A stretch of DNA of 51,596 nt, filler included, from Basidioascus undulatus (taxonomy: Eukaryota): assembly GCA_000826855.1 (NCBI GenBank). It is 3 parts of 3 records of this genome, joined end to end, with 100 filler letters (N's around TTAATTAATTAA, not from the genome) between each part and the next. Parts side by side here need not be neighbours in the genome. Positions count along the whole stretch, not along the records: positions 34,525 to 51,596 come from JTLS01000549.1; 2 more parts are not named here. One strand, written 5' to 3'. Position numbers and translations under genes: made by a program. Below the pieces are notes generated by a model. That model ran no database searches, had not been told where the DNA came from, and saw only the letters and a list, made by a program, of their open reading frames with translations. Positions 37,005 through 49,587 of the stretch are shown one piece after another (within the stretch, counting starts at the first letter, position 1; each line of letters starts with the position of its first letter).

Positions 37005-38852
37005 ATGATGAGTATACACGGTTCCGCGAAGGCGAATCCGGCGGGTCTGTCCGTCCCTCGATCGAACCTCAAGCCCATCGAACCTTTGCCCGACTTCCAG
37101 ACACCACTTCGCATCCTCGTTCCACTTTTCTCTCCGTCCCAGCTCGACTTGAATCGAATGCACATCGAACTCGCGGAATCTCTCCCTTGATCATCAGCTC
37201 GTTCGCCCGTTCGCCCGTGGGCCATCCACTAGTCTCGCTCGCCTTCGAACCTTGGACCTCGGACCTCGTACCGACTGCGCTCCCTCGCCTGCGCCATCTT
37301 CCACCTTCACACCTCACATTGCACGAGCCACTGATCTTCTCAGCGACGGAAGGCACGCGTCTTCCTTCGAGTCGCTCGCGAGTCGTTTTCTCCTGCTCTG
37401 GTCGCAGGCAATTGCGCCGCGGCTCGTTTCGGTGTATTTCTCCCAATCCTAACGATCTCCTCACATTCTCAATCTATTCAATTCACTTTGTTTCATTCGA
37501 AACTTGGCTGTTCTCGCTTCGAAGCCGTGTCGTTCCTTCTCTAGCATGGCGCGCGCCATTCCTCCCCTTCATCCGCTTCCGCTTCCGCTTCTCGCCTCGC
37601 CACTCGCTCGCCTCTCTCTCTTTCCCCCTCTCCCTCGCTCTCTCCATCCTCACCACTCTCTCGAGCTCGCTGTCATGATCACGACGTTCGCGCGCTTCAA
37701 GACGCACGTCAAGATACCGGAGCGCAAGACGCGCTGAGTACTCTTTCTACTCAGGCAGTTCCCTTGTTCGCAGCGTCGGGCTTCGTAGTGTTGTTCGTCG
37801 TGGCTTCGCTCAAACGTTCGTTCGTGGCTTCGTCCACTCCTTCGTTCGCCCGTGGCTCTGTCCACCCCTTCACCTTTGTTCGTCCGTGGCTTTGCCCATC
37901 CACTTGCTTTTTCGTGGCTTTGCCCAACCCTTGCTTTCCTAGCCGTCGCCGTGGGCTCGTGGGCTCCGCCCACCGCCCACCCCTTCTGTTTCGTTGGCTC
38001 TGTCCTCCCATTCTCTTTCGTTCGTGGCTCAGCCCACTCTCCGTCGTGTCCCTGCCCACGTCCTTCCCTTCTTCCTAGCGTCGTCTGCTCCCCATGCTGC
38101 ACGTGCTGCATAATCTGCGCACGCTGGGCCTCTCCGTACTCACTCACGTACCCCTCTGGACCACCCCTCTTCCCAAACATGCACTCCATCTTTCGCCGCA
38201 CATTACCCCCCGACACCCTTCCTAATTTGAAGACGCTCCACGGCTTTGCCACATTGATCCCTCCCTAAAGCGGCGGTCTCGGTCTGGCCAAGCTGGACTC
38301 GCTCCAAGAGCTCGTGCTCTCCCGCTACGGATGCGGCCCGTCCGCTGAAGGCACCCTCCCCTCCTCCGCATACATCAGCTACCTCCTCCTCCGCCCACCC
38401 TCTTCTCGAACGCCCACATCACCTGCTGCACTGTCGATATCCTATACTTCAGCCCTGATGTGGTAATCCACCTCGCTCTTGCCATGCCGCATCTTGAGGA
38501 GCTCGCCCTTGGGTTTGAGCGTGCCGAGTATGAGGAGGACATGGAACACCTGGTGTGTCCACTTTCTTTTTCGGCTTCACCTATCTGTCATTCTCGATCT
38601 TGCTCACGGCACCCCCACGCTAAGAACGGCTGCGCCTTGAACCTAGGCCTCCTAACCTCACTGACCACTCTCGAGCTCACACTCGACCTCGACCGCGCCA
38701 AGTTCGACAGCTGGTGCCCTCACAAACACCTCACAGTCTTTCGACAGTACGAGTTCGGGCAGCAAGTTGCTGTGCATGCCCCGAGCCTGGAGCACACCCG
38801 GCTGTACCGCCACTTCGACATGCGCGAGCACTATTTCCATGGCCAAGCGTAA
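37005..38852 (+). pseudogene. Fragmented LRR-like gene relic(s)
   Basis: Pieces in different frames with LRR-like periodicity (LPRLRHL, LPNLKTLH, LDSLQELVL, MPHLEELAL, LTSLTTLELTL, APSLEH), separated by stops and frameshifts. Confidence 0.4.
37794..38059. repeat. Degenerate array of about 9 short motifs (core TTCG..CGTGGCTYYGYCCAC) with variable pyrimidine-rich spacers
   Basis: Copies begin near 37794, 37817, 37841, 37879, 37911, 37945, 37990, 38017 and 38041. Confidence 0.7.
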
Positions 38853-39188
38853 CGGAATGCAAAGGAGTACAGCATAACCATATGTAAATCTTTTTTTATA
38901 CAACCTACCTTTGACGATAACGATAAGTACGTGCACAAGTTCTTCTTTGGGAGAGCAGGAGGTCCGCGCCCGGCGGCTGGCAGTCAGTCCATTACGGTTC
39001 ACTCCTTGTCAAACCTGTACATGATTCCTTCTCAGCAGGTTCGGATCTACCCCCTCCATTGAGTTTCTGAATTCTATGGTAACAGGGTGTTCTTAGAAAG
39101 GGGTCCAAGAACATCCAAGCTTCAGCGCTGATATCTCCTCCTTGTCGTGATCGTCTCTCTCTCTCACGCCCACTGCATCTCTCGCACA

Positions 39189-40420
39189 ATGCGCTTCTCA
39201 AGCTTCATCCTCACCGTCGCACGGCTCGCTTATTCAATCCTCACCGTCGCACGGCTCGCCTTATTCAACTTGGCCACTTCGTCTACTCACATGGCACCCA
39301 GGCGGGACAAGGGCCTCGTCCGACTCCGCCAGTTCAACCCACACGCAAAGCGAGAGGCTACTTCATGCTCCTCTGTTTCGTAAGTTCGGATTGACATACT
39401 CAGAGAGCTATACCAATGTCCTTTTCACATCAGCTGGGCCTATGTGACCAGGCCTTCAGGTCCATCTGCCAAATCCTGCCCAAAGTAAGTCACGATCTTG
39501 TGGAGCCAGCAACAACGTGAGCGGCCCAGTGGAGTTGACCGATGATGGTTTTCCAATCTTCAGCCAGACGTATTGCTGTACGCTCTTTGGTCATTCCTGG
39601 GGTGATTTCCTTCCACCACGTCTCACATCACACCCACACAGATAACGGTCTGTCATCGCAGCTCCGCGTAGGCCTGCAGACGGACGCGGATCACTAGGCT
39701 CGTGCGTTATGTCATGTGGCACAGACGGCTCATGCTGCACTGGAGCATGTGAGTTCCTCTCTGTCAGGAAAAGCGGGCAGAGGAACTATGATTGAGCCTG
39801 TTTTCTCCCAAGGCTTCTCCATACACCCCGTATCCAATAGCGATTTCAAGAACGGCCTCAGCGGGTGGACCGCACCGGTCACTTTGGCCAGCGCCGTTGC
39901 GAACCCAGCGGCCTCCAGACAGAGGTTGTTCATTCGGGCACTCAAGCTATGTACGGTGTATTTTTTCCCCATTCCATCTCTCCTAATCTCCAAATATTGA
40001 CAAATCACTCAACTCAACCCTGCATAGCCGCTTCGAATGGAAAGTCGACGCTTCTGGTATATTAATTGCCGCTGTCTCCCAAGCCAACGTCGGGCCCCTT
40101 TGCTGCGGGTGCAAGTACACCTTCAAGGCGTTTGTCCGGTAAGATGGCTTCCTCTCCTGCTCCTACAATCTGAACGTGAAGGGGGGAAAGGTCCAAAGCT
40201 CTTACTTTTTCATGGACTCTGCGCTCCACTGGACGCTGCGTCGTTCACGTTCACGAAGGCGCCGGCTGGAGTCGACAAGACCGTAACTCTTCACTTTCCC
40301 ATGAGCTGTCTGCTCCAAAGCGGCACTGGATGCGGCACACCGCGCGTCTGGATCGACAACGTTAGCTTGACTGCAGGGCGCCCGGATAGCTCAGCGGGCT
40401 GCCCATGCTGTAACGGCTGA
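39189..40420 (+). pseudogene. Relic of a secreted protein with a possible carbohydrate-binding beta-sandwich C-terminus
   Basis: Signal-peptide-like MRFSSFILTVA carrying a tandem duplication, dibasic AKRE, Cys-containing short exons, then SNSDFKNGLSGWT ... VWIDNVSLT in discordant frames. Confidence 0.4.
39207..39267. repeat. 30/31-bp tandem duplication
   Basis: ATCCTCACCGTCGCACGGCTCGCTTATTCA followed by ATCCTCACCGTCGCACGGCTCGCCTTATTCA. Confidence 0.9.
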
Positions 40421-40480
40421 CACGAGAGTATTAATTCTTGATCGGGTTGTTGAGATGATTAAAGTGAAGAAAAGAAAGAC

Positions 40481-41082
40481 TCACCCGCCGAAGATATACA
40501 GGACAGCCTTCTCCACAGGAACAGCTTCGTCTGGCCGCGACAAGATGACCACGGCAGGAACGGCTTCGGGCTTTACGAGCGGGTGGTTAGCCATGCCTGT
40601 AATCCATTCCTTAGGAACAGCTTCGAATTCAACGACAGAGGCCTTGCGGGACGGTCCGAGTAGCCAGTCGACGCCCAAGGGAAGCGCACGGCGGTCGCTC
40701 TGCCGCTGGAAGGGTGGCGGAGTCCAGACCGTGGAATTGAGCAAGATCTGCGCAGTATTGAAGTCCTCTGTTAAGTCAAAGTCAAGCATAGGAGACTGAG
40801 CATTTTCCGGGCTGAGGAGAGGACCGGGGACGTGAACATGGGGACCTGGTGACCATTGCTTACCGAACGAAGCAACTCCGCATTCAGCGCTTGGCCGAGA
40901 GTCCAATTTTTGCGCTTGCTGAGAGCGAGCGGATACTGAAGAAGCAGCTTGATGATGTTGAGAGGTAGGGGACCGACGAGGACGTAGCAGAAGCACAGAA
41001 TGTTGGGAAGCGTGTAGCCAGCCCGTGATGCCGGCGCAGCTACATGGGGCACCAGCTCGAGCATATTGAGATTCTCGATCAA
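40481..41082 (-). pseudogene. N-terminal fragment of an alpha/beta-hydrolase-like gene
   Basis: LLLQYPLALSKRKNWTLGQAL.. and, in another frame, FEAVPKEWITG..HPLVKPEAVPAV...EKAVLYIFGG ending at a GTGAGT donor (resembles the LY.HGG oxyanion strand). No downstream catalytic exons found. Confidence 0.4.
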
Positions 41083-42125
41083 GTCAGAAAGAGGTAGTCG
41101 AAGGTGAAAACTACCAGTCTACAGGCCTTATCGTGATCGCCAGAGCTCCTGCTCACGCGAGTTGGCTCACGTTCATGAGGGCACCGGGCCAGCTTCTCTG
41201 ACATCTTCGTCCATGTGCACGAATCTTGAATCGAAAGAAGCCCATCAAGAAGCAGGGTGCGTGCCTGTCGACGACTCGACGTCCATGCGGACCCCTCATT
41301 AGTCCTTTTCATCCCCTTGGGTAATATACATCAAATTACTAATCCGTACTCACTCTGGGTTCCGGCAGCCGTTTCTAAATCATCTAGTTATTGCAGCGTT
41401 CTTGCTTCGATTTGAACCGGGTGACCACGCGTTGCTGGACTCATGAAGCATGCGGAGTCGCACAGAATCTGAACTTCCACATGCCCTCCGCGTGTTTGGC
41501 GGCTTTTGTCTTCCTACTCTGGTTCTCTCAGACCCTCGACGACAACCCTTTACTGGACATCAAGCGAAGAGCTCCTCCTCCAAATCGGCAAGCACACTTC
41601 AAGAATCTTCAAGAATATCATCCCCTCCAGGTGCCAGAGCCGCTGATTTCTCATTATGGGGCGTTGACGCACTCCGATGTTTTCGTGGGAATAATCTATG
41701 CCTGCCTTGTGAGTACTTCCCCGTATGCAACCTGCTAGGAGTCCGCATTGTTCACTTCGGTTTCCAGGGGATCGTGATCTGGGAGATGTGTGTAACATCT
41801 CCGTTTGAATACCGCATCCTTACGAGGAAGGTTCAACCCGGCCCTGCGATCGTACCCTATTATCTCAACCGCCTCTTCTCGCTCGTGTTCTACATTCGGT
41901 GCGACCTTTCCAGTTACGCAGAAAGGGAAGCGTGATGAGTGCAATATGCGCGATGTCGCGTCGAGCGGAGTGAAGATGAGTATGAAGACGCGGAAGGCGA
42001 GCGAGGGAGACATTCGATCAAGCCGTACGCCAACTACGCCGATGAGCGCGCCCCCCTCCCATCCCGCACACCTCTCACTCCTCAATTCCAAGCAGTGGCT
42101 ATTCCCTCCCTTCCCCCTCTCTCTC

Positions 42126-43522
42126 TTACTGGTTCCCCGTCCCAACATTAAGCAGCATTCCCGTCCCCCCATGCCCCCCCCCCCCAGGCAAGAACGTGAC
42201 GTTCCTGTTCTGTCCGCTCGACAAGGTAGACGCGATGTCCTTGCTCGCCTCGATGCGGCGGAGCGTGAGCAGCGCCTCGCCCGCGCGGTCGAGCGCCTTG
42301 CTGATCGTTGACGCCGCTTCCGCTTCTCCCTCGGCCCGGATGACTGAGGCTTGGCGTTCTTGTTCCGCTTTTTCGACGACGAACTTGGCCCGCTCGGCGT
42401 CTTGCTGCGCGATCTGCTTTTGCTCGACTGCGCGAGTGAACTCGCGGCCGAAAGTCATGTGCGTCTGTGGTGGTGAGGAGTGGGAACGAGTCCGGGGTAA
42501 ACGAGTTCGGCGGAGAAGAAGGGAGGGAAGGGAGGAGGAGGGGAGGGGGAAAGGAAGAGGGATCGGGAAGAGAGGTCAGTGGGTGAAATGGAGGGTGCGA
42601 AAGAGAAGGGACACACTATCGACACGTCCTCCAGCTTGATGTTGAACTCCTTTGCGCGGCGGAGAAGCTCTTCGCGGATGCGGGAGGAGACCTGTTTGCA
42701 TCCGGGACGTGAGCGAGATGCGGCGGGGCGAGACTGAAGACGGGAGAGCAGAGGAGGATGGGGGAAGGAGGGAGAACGATGGTGGGTAAGGAGGGAACAG
42801 AGGAGAAGGACGCACGACTTCACGCTGCGTAATCAGCTCCGCGGCGTCGAACTGGGCGACGGTGGCCTTGAGGACCTCGTTGCCGATGGAGGGGAGGACC
42901 TGGTGCGCGGGTGTCAGCGCGTGAACAGGGAAAGGTCCGGTTTATGGGAGGCGAGGATGAAAGGCGAGAGGAGGGGAAGGAGGGAAAGGGGCACCCTCTC
43001 ATCGTAGTCGAGACCGAGGTTCTGATAAATCCTCGGGAGGTAGGACGTCTCTGGGCGGGAGAGGACGCGGAGGGTGAGGGAGACCATCTGGAGATCCTTG
43101 GACCCCGTCGTGGTGGAGATGTTGCGGGGCTTGATGCGAACCTAAACGTCCCCCATGATCTCATAAGCATCTCCCTCGGTCGGAGAAGAGACGGAGGGAA
43201 GAGGAGAGGGGAGGGGAGAGAGGAGCGGGACGGGGGAGGAAGAGAAGACGCACGTCGTACAGAATCGCCTTCTGCAGCCACGGAACAAGGAAGTGCGTCC
43301 CCTCGCCGACGGCATAGTCCTTCACGCCGGTGAAGCGGTCAAACATCACGGCGCGGTACCCGCCCGGGACGTCGTACAGCGACGCCTGCACGAGGCCCGC
43401 GCCGATCGCGACGGGGACTATCCCACCCTCTCACCTCCATCAGCGACACTATCTCCCAAAGACGGCAAGGGACAGCGCGACCTACCGACGAGGCGCCCCA
43501 GAGCATTTTGGAGGGCGGCCAT
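42126..43522 (-). CDS. PHB1: Prohibitin 1, multi-exon
   Basis: [107 protein letters not shown]. Confidence 0.96.
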
Positions 43523-43820
43523 TTGGGAAGCGAGATGTGGGGAGGAGGAGGTGAGGGCGATGAGGAAGGCAAGGCGTACGCGGCGGGCGGGCGTGAGGTC
43601 AGGCCGAGCGAGGCACATCGCGAAGATCCGGGCCTAATAAGCACTTACTATGCGACCCTAACATTGAATTCGCATAGTAATTAGAGTTGCCCGTCGAGAC
43701 GTTCCACACATGCTGTCATCGCGCCTTCCCCTTCCTCACTCTTGCCTTCCGACCCCCACCATCTCCCCCTTACCGTTGTTGAATTTCCTGCTGTACCTCG
43801 ATAGAAAGACTAGATTGACG
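43523..43820. promoter_or_regulatory. Probable bidirectional promoter between PHB1 and PMI40
   Basis: 298 bp between divergent ATGs (43522 and 43821), with an AT-rich core near 43635-43685 and pyrimidine-rich leaders on each sense strand. Confidence 0.55.
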
Positions 43821-45410
43821 ATGAGCACCCCCGCGATCTTCCAGCTCGTCCCCGACGTGCAGTCCTACGACTGGGGCAAGCTCGGCAGCGAATCCAAGGC
43901 CGCCCAGTTCGCCGGTGCGATTGACGGGTTCAGGGTGGACGAGGAGAAGCCTTATGCTGAGGTGAGTCTATCATCCACTTAACATAATATCTCACCAAGC
44001 ACCCCCACTCACCCCCTGCCCATTTCCCCAGCTGTGGATGGGCACCCACCCCTCCCTCCCCTCGCACCTCGCGTCTTCCCCGAAGACCACCCTCTCCGCG
44101 CACCTCGCCGCGCACCACGAGCTCGTCGGCGAGCGCGTCCGCGCGCGCTTCGGCGCCGAGGGACTCCCCTTCCTCTTCAAGGTCCTCGCCATCCGCAAGG
44201 CGCTCTCCATCCAGGCCCACCCGGACAAGACGCTCGCCCAGAAGCTGCACAAGGAGCGGCCGGACGTTTACAAGGGTGCGTCTTCCTTTGCCTTCTCCCC
44301 TTTTCCCCCTTTCCCCCTCTCCGCATCTCCCACCTTCCTGTTCTGCCCTTCCCGATTTCTCCCCTGCCCGCCTACTGTTCCTTTCTGATTATCTTGCGTG
44401 GGACCAGACGACAACCACAAGCCCGAGATGGCGATCGCCCTAACCGCCTTCCGGGGCTTCTGCGGCTTCCGTCCTCTTCCGCAAATCGCCCTCTACCTCA
44501 CCGCCGTCCCGGAATTCTCCGCCCTCATCCCCACGTCCCCCACCTCCTCCTTCACCGCCTCCCCCTCCTCCACCACCCTCCGCGCCGTCTTCGGCGCGCT
44601 CATGGACGCGGACCCTGCGCTCGTGAAGGAGCAGCTCGCGGCGCTCGTCGCGCGCTATTCGAAGGGGGACGGCTTGAAGGAAGAGGAGAAGGAGGTTAGG
44701 GACTTGGTGCTGGAGCTCAACGAGCAGTATCCCGGCGATGTGGGCGTGTTCTGCACTTTTGTGCTTAATGTTGTGCAGTTGAAGGAGGGAGAGGCGGTGT
44801 TTTTGAAGGCGAACGACCCGCACGCTTATATTTCGGGTGGTACGTCTCCCACCCCTTCCCTTTCCCCTCCCCTTCACTATCTTACCCACCTACACACAGA
44901 CATCATCGAGTGCATGGCCACGTCCGGTGCGCCCCTCCCTCCCGTCCCCTCCCTCAATCCCCACCCTTCTAACCTCCCCCTTCCTTGAATAATCAAACAG
45001 ACAACGTAGTCCGCGCCGGCCTGACCCCCAAGCTGCGCGACGTCCCGACCCTCACGTCCATGCTAACCTACACGACCGACCCTCCCTCCAAACAACTTCT
45101 CCCACCCGCCTCCTTCGCCCCCTCGAGCACCTCTTCCACCTCTTCCCCGAAAACGGTCCTCTATGACCCCCCCATCTCCGAGTTCTCCGTCGCCCGTACC
45201 TCTCTCTCCCCCAACGAGGTCGAGGTGCACGGGGTCGTGGACGGCCCGAGCGTGTGGATCTTCACCTCGGGTAGCGGCAAGCTCGGGGGAGAGGAAGTCA
45301 GGAAGGTCGGGGAGGTGTGGTTTGTCGGTGCGGGACAGGAGGTTGAGTTGCGGGCGGGGGAAGATGGGTGGGTCGGGTGGAGGGCTTTTGTGGAGGTGGG
45401 GGACGAGTGA
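43821..45410 (+). CDS. PMI40: Mannose-6-phosphate isomerase (type I), multi-exon
   Basis: QSYDWGKLG, PYAE|LWMGTHPS, LPFLFKVLAIRKALSIQAHPDK, DDNHKPEMAIALT, YPGDVG, ANDPHAYISG|DIIECMATS|DNVVRAGLTPK. Confidence 0.96.
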
Positions 45411-46250
45411 GGGAGGGGGAGAGGGATATCTATTTTATGTTCAAGTATACCTGGGCTTTTCTTGGCTTTTGGGACGTTCTTGGAATTGAACGGCTTTGTA
45501 GATTTCTTGGAATTGTGGAAGGACGGTTGGTGCTTGCTTTACTTGCTCGCTCGCTTTCTTGCTTTGGTGAGATACGCGCATAGATATACAGACACAAATT
45601 ACTTTTTCTGGATTGCCCACCGTCCGTTGTGCGTGCTGGAAAGATGAAGGTGCCGGAGCTACGTTGCATGACTGGCACCGCACTTGCACCACTCGCTCGC
45701 CGTCTAAACCACGCTTCAGTATGTCTCTTTTGGCCCATACATGCCTTCAATGAGAGACAGGGCCGGCGTTCCTTTGCCAGAGCTTCGGATGCGAGGAAAG
45801 GGGGACCGCCAGTGCGAGCTTCTGCTGTCCGCGCGAGGCTGCAGGAAGCGGGAAATTGAGAACGCCTGCGAAGGTGTTGTACCACCAATGGGCAACCAAG
45901 GGTAACTCAGCATTACCCAACTATATAAAAAAAATTCCCACACTCCCGAGTCCAGGCATACATTCACGTCCTCACAGCGCGCTCCACCTCGCCCCAGCGG
46001 GTCCCCGCGCATACTCACCAACTCGCAAACCAAGTCGTAGTTTTCAGCTCAAGTTCTGGAGTTGCCAGGGTGGCTTACTCGAGGAATGTGTTTGTTTTCG
46101 AGTAGGCTTGTACAGCGAGGAAGGCGGGACTCCGAGCACCAGCTCGAGACGGAAAGTTGGGGATATCAGGAGAGTGCCACATCGGAGATAGTAAAGTGTG
46201 AATAATTAAATAGCAACTCGTCACACTACCGAGTGTAGACCTTCATTCAT

Positions 46251-46280
46251 AGCCTCACAGCCTCACAGCCTCACAGCCTC
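46251..46280. repeat. 8-bp microsatellite (AGCCTCAC) x3.75
   Basis: AGCCTCACAGCCTCACAGCCTCACAGCCTC. Confidence 0.85.
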
Positions 46281-46447
46281 TACCCTCACTCGAGCCGGAC
46301 CCGACGCCAGCCCTGCCTGATCGCGACCTCCTCCCCGTCCGAGTCGGTCACCGGGACGGTGTCCGGCGTGCCAGAAGAGGTGGAACTGTGTGGACAGACG
46401 AGTTTCCGCGAGTCAGTGAAGAGACACCGACGGCGACAACGGAGGCC

Positions 46448-47730
46448 TCAGATTTCACGCACTGAGCGCTTGGCGAGCTTCACGCCTGGCGGAGTGGAGA
46501 GCTTGAACCGCTGGATGTTCTGGGAAATATGTAAAGAGTGAGTTATCGAGCGCGTTTGGGTGTCCCAAGAGAAGATAGGAGGACACGGACGGATTTCAAA
46601 TGCGCGAAACAGGGGTTGTGGGAGCGGGTGGTTGGGGTCGAGGTGGACGGCTGTCGGTATAGGTGTTAGGGTACCTCGGAGTCTAACAGAAGCTGTCGGT
46701 GAACGCATCGCTGTCCCTTCGGTGAGAGTTGTTGCGGGAAGAGCAGTCGTGAGGGGCTCGCTGTTGAAGGACGATAAAGACAGCTGGTAGTCAGCGAAGC
46801 CTTGAGCGCAACGCAGGCTAGTGAGGAGGGCACGTACTGTGGCGCCTGAACCATGCTATAAACGTCCTCGAACTTCGGAGCAAGTTGTCGAGCTTGTCGT
46901 ACTTAGCGAGTGCCGAGTCCCTCTCGCTGCGCCTTCTCCTTCTCGGCGGCCTTAGCGACGCTCGCTGCGACCGCTGCATCCTTCATCGCCGCGCTCGCCT
47001 TCCCGAGCGCCTCCTCCTGCCCCTGGAATGCGGAGTCCCTCTCCTCCTCGGCAGGACTCGCCTTCTCAAGCGCTTCCCTCTGCTCCAGGATGACCGCATC
47101 CCTCTCCGCGGCCGCGGCGCTCATCCTCCCAAGCACCTCCTTCTGCGCCAGCACAGCAGCATCTCGCTCGCGCTGCTCCTCCCGCACAGCGGCGTCCGGC
47201 TCTTCCTGCACGCTCTTTAGTCGCAGCGAGGCCAATCGCTCTGCATCGCCCCCATTTTCTCCAGCCGCGCAATGGTGCCCGCCGTCTCACGCTGCATCGC
47301 GGTGAGCGTGTTGTCCAGCTCCGCAGCGTGCCCTCTCGCTGTGTCCCGCTCGGCGGCAAGCTCTGCAGCGTGTCGACGGGCCGCGTCCCGCTCCCGACGC
47401 GCCTCATCCCGCTCCCGACGCGCCGCATTTCGCTCGGCAGCGACCTCCCGGACGGGCTCCATCGCGCCATTGTCCGCGGCGGCCTTGAGCGTGAGGTAGC
47501 GCGCCTGGTCGGCGTTGATGCTCTTCTGGCGCTCGAGCTCCCGCTGCAGCGAGCACGCCTGCTTTTTCAACAGTGCGCGGCGCGTCCGGTGCGCCATATC
47601 GCACTGCATCCCCACCATGAAGTAGCACTGCAGGCGCTCGAAGGTGAGGTGGTGCTACTCGTTGTCCTGGTCGGCCTCCCGGAACAGGGTCTGCGTCGAC
47701 TCGACGATGTAGTCGGGAGGACCGTTGGAG
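46448..47730 (-). pseudogene. Coiled-coil protein relic
   Basis: Heptad-rich AERNAARRERDEARRERDAARR...ERDTAR and EQRERDAAV..AERDAV..EERDSA. In-frame TAG at 47655-47657 and frameshifts near 47250 and 46910. Confidence 0.55.
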
Positions 47731-48335
47731 ATGTTCGACTTTTTGATGGGGGATGGGCGGAGGCTAAAAGGCGGCGAATGGGTATAGGGACTGTGCGGAG
47801 TATACAGGAGAAAGGAAGGCGAGAGGAATGTTCGCCATTGAAGGTCGCGACGCGGATGAAAATGGGCCCACTGGCACGCTGGAGGGTATTAATTTAATGG
47901 TGTCTTGAAGTGATGTTGCGCCTTGGCATGGAGCTCTTCGAAATATCAGCTTGACACAGCAGGATAATAGTGTTGTATCCCGCACCGGCATGAGCGCAGT
48001 GCTGTGCTTTAGTCCAACCGACGATGGACGACGGGCACTTCTTCTGAAAGTTTCCTACAGACCGAAGTCATGTTTCCATTAGTCAAAGCCCCAAATTCAA
48101 CCTCTCAACAGTGGTAGGCATAGAAGACCTTGTGTGGTCTCAAAATCAAGTCTGTTCTGCCTCAGACTCACTGCCAGCTCTAAGCACATCATCAATGAGA
48201 TCCTGCCAGGTTCTAGCTGCCTCGGTACCGATAGAGTGTGAGCGTTGTGAAGAGAAATCTGTGTTGCATCATGTGGTGGTCGAATAACTAGAGTGTTTGT
48301 CATAGCAATCTCAATATAAGAATTGAGAAGAGCAA

Positions 48336-48428
48336 GACCAGATGGCCGAGTGGTTAAGGCGACAGACTAGAATGTGTTCTAACATCTGTTGGGCTTTGCC
48401 CGCGTAGGTTCAAATCCTGCTCTGGTCG
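48336..48428 (+). tRNA. tRNA-Ser (anticodon AGA) with an 11-nt intron
   Basis: Acceptor stem GACCAGA/TCTGGTC, D arm GCCGAGTGGTTAAGGC, anticodon arm ACAGA-CTAGAA[TGTGTTCTAAC]A-TCTGT, long variable arm GGGCTTTGCCC, T loop GGTTCAAATCC, discriminator G, downstream T tracts. Confidence 0.95.
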
Positions 48429-49587
48429 CATCTTTTGGTCCCGAGCGATCAGGGCTCTTTTTTTTCGTCTGCGTGGATTCAACAGACAACACTACTGTGC
48501 CCCGGCCCCCTTTTTCTCGAGAAGGTGTAACCCGAACTCTTTTGAATTGTTATGGCGGTTGATGTCCCATGATTGCACATCAAGGCCGGGATGGGCTGCA
48601 CGAGCGGAGCTGCCCCGACCATGACAACTTCATAGAAAGAGATGAAATCGTCCCGACATACTTGGCAATCCCAACAGCTGAAGACTCCGAAGAGTGGAGC
48701 ATCGGTTTAGGACTGTCAATTTTGCATGAGGGATGCAGCCGCCTCTTGCGCCTTCCAGCCCTCAACCTCTTCTTCAGCTCAGCCACAAGCCCCCTGATCT
48801 CCAGAAGGTGCTCCTTGGACTTGCCGACACTCTCAGCTGACTGCTTTACCAGGCGGGCAATGTGGGCGGTGGACGGAGTCGACATGTTGAAAGAGTGCGT
48901 GCTGCTGAGAGAGTGCTTGCGTGGGGGCTGGGATGGTGAGTGTGGTGATGCCCCTTTTTGGTGGCGAGAGTGATTTTGTGGATGAGGTTAAGAGCGCCAG
49001 GACGGTTGAAAAAAGGGGGTGGTTAGAAGCACAGGAGTGCGGGGCAAGGGAATGGCGTTGGACCTCAATGGTTGCGGATGGCGCGGCGAGTGCGAGCCCA
49101 GACTGTCACAACATCTACCGACTACACGGCCTTCATTACCGATCTAACGCAGCGCTCTAAAGAAATTGATTCTTTCGGTGGAAGGTTTCTTGTGCAAAAC
49201 AGCTATCTCGTCTTGTAACCCTGACCTTCCGTGCGCGCTCCGAAGTCTTGCGAGTGCCAGCCCGCGTATTTTGGCGCTGTTCAACCCACCAGGCCTAGGC
49301 TGGCAATAATGCTTTATGCAGGGCCATTCGCTAGCAATGGGGCGGGGCGAATGGGCAGGATATTGGGCGTGGCAAGGCAAAGCATTTGCGCAACAGTGCC
49401 GCGGCGGCCTTGGAAAACTTGATTTCGGCCCTTCGTGTTCCGTGCCGCCAGGAAGTTGACACGCAGGTGGTAATGCTGGCACCCAGCTGTGTGCTTTGCT
49501 GTTCCTCCGTCTCCTTTCTCCGACCACCTCCACCACCCAAACCTCAAACCTCAAACTTACAACATCCCACCCAAACCCGCATATCCG

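Noticed and set aside
37794..38059. CRISPR array
   Set aside because: Repeats are short and degenerate, spacers are low-complexity, there are no cas genes and the context is eukaryotic.
41391..41935. Hydrophobic ORF fragments downstream of PHB1
   Set aside because: They may be a membrane-protein relic, but no consistent gene model or family could be built.
15133..45410. ALO1, DPM1, CHS7 and PMI40 as a mannose/cell-wall gene cluster
   Set aside because: They lie on three separately assembled contigs with unrelated genes between them; all are ordinary housekeeping genes.
48580..48885. 101-aa minus-strand ORF after the tRNA
   Set aside because: The helical-looking N-terminus is suggestive, but there is no family signal or independent support.
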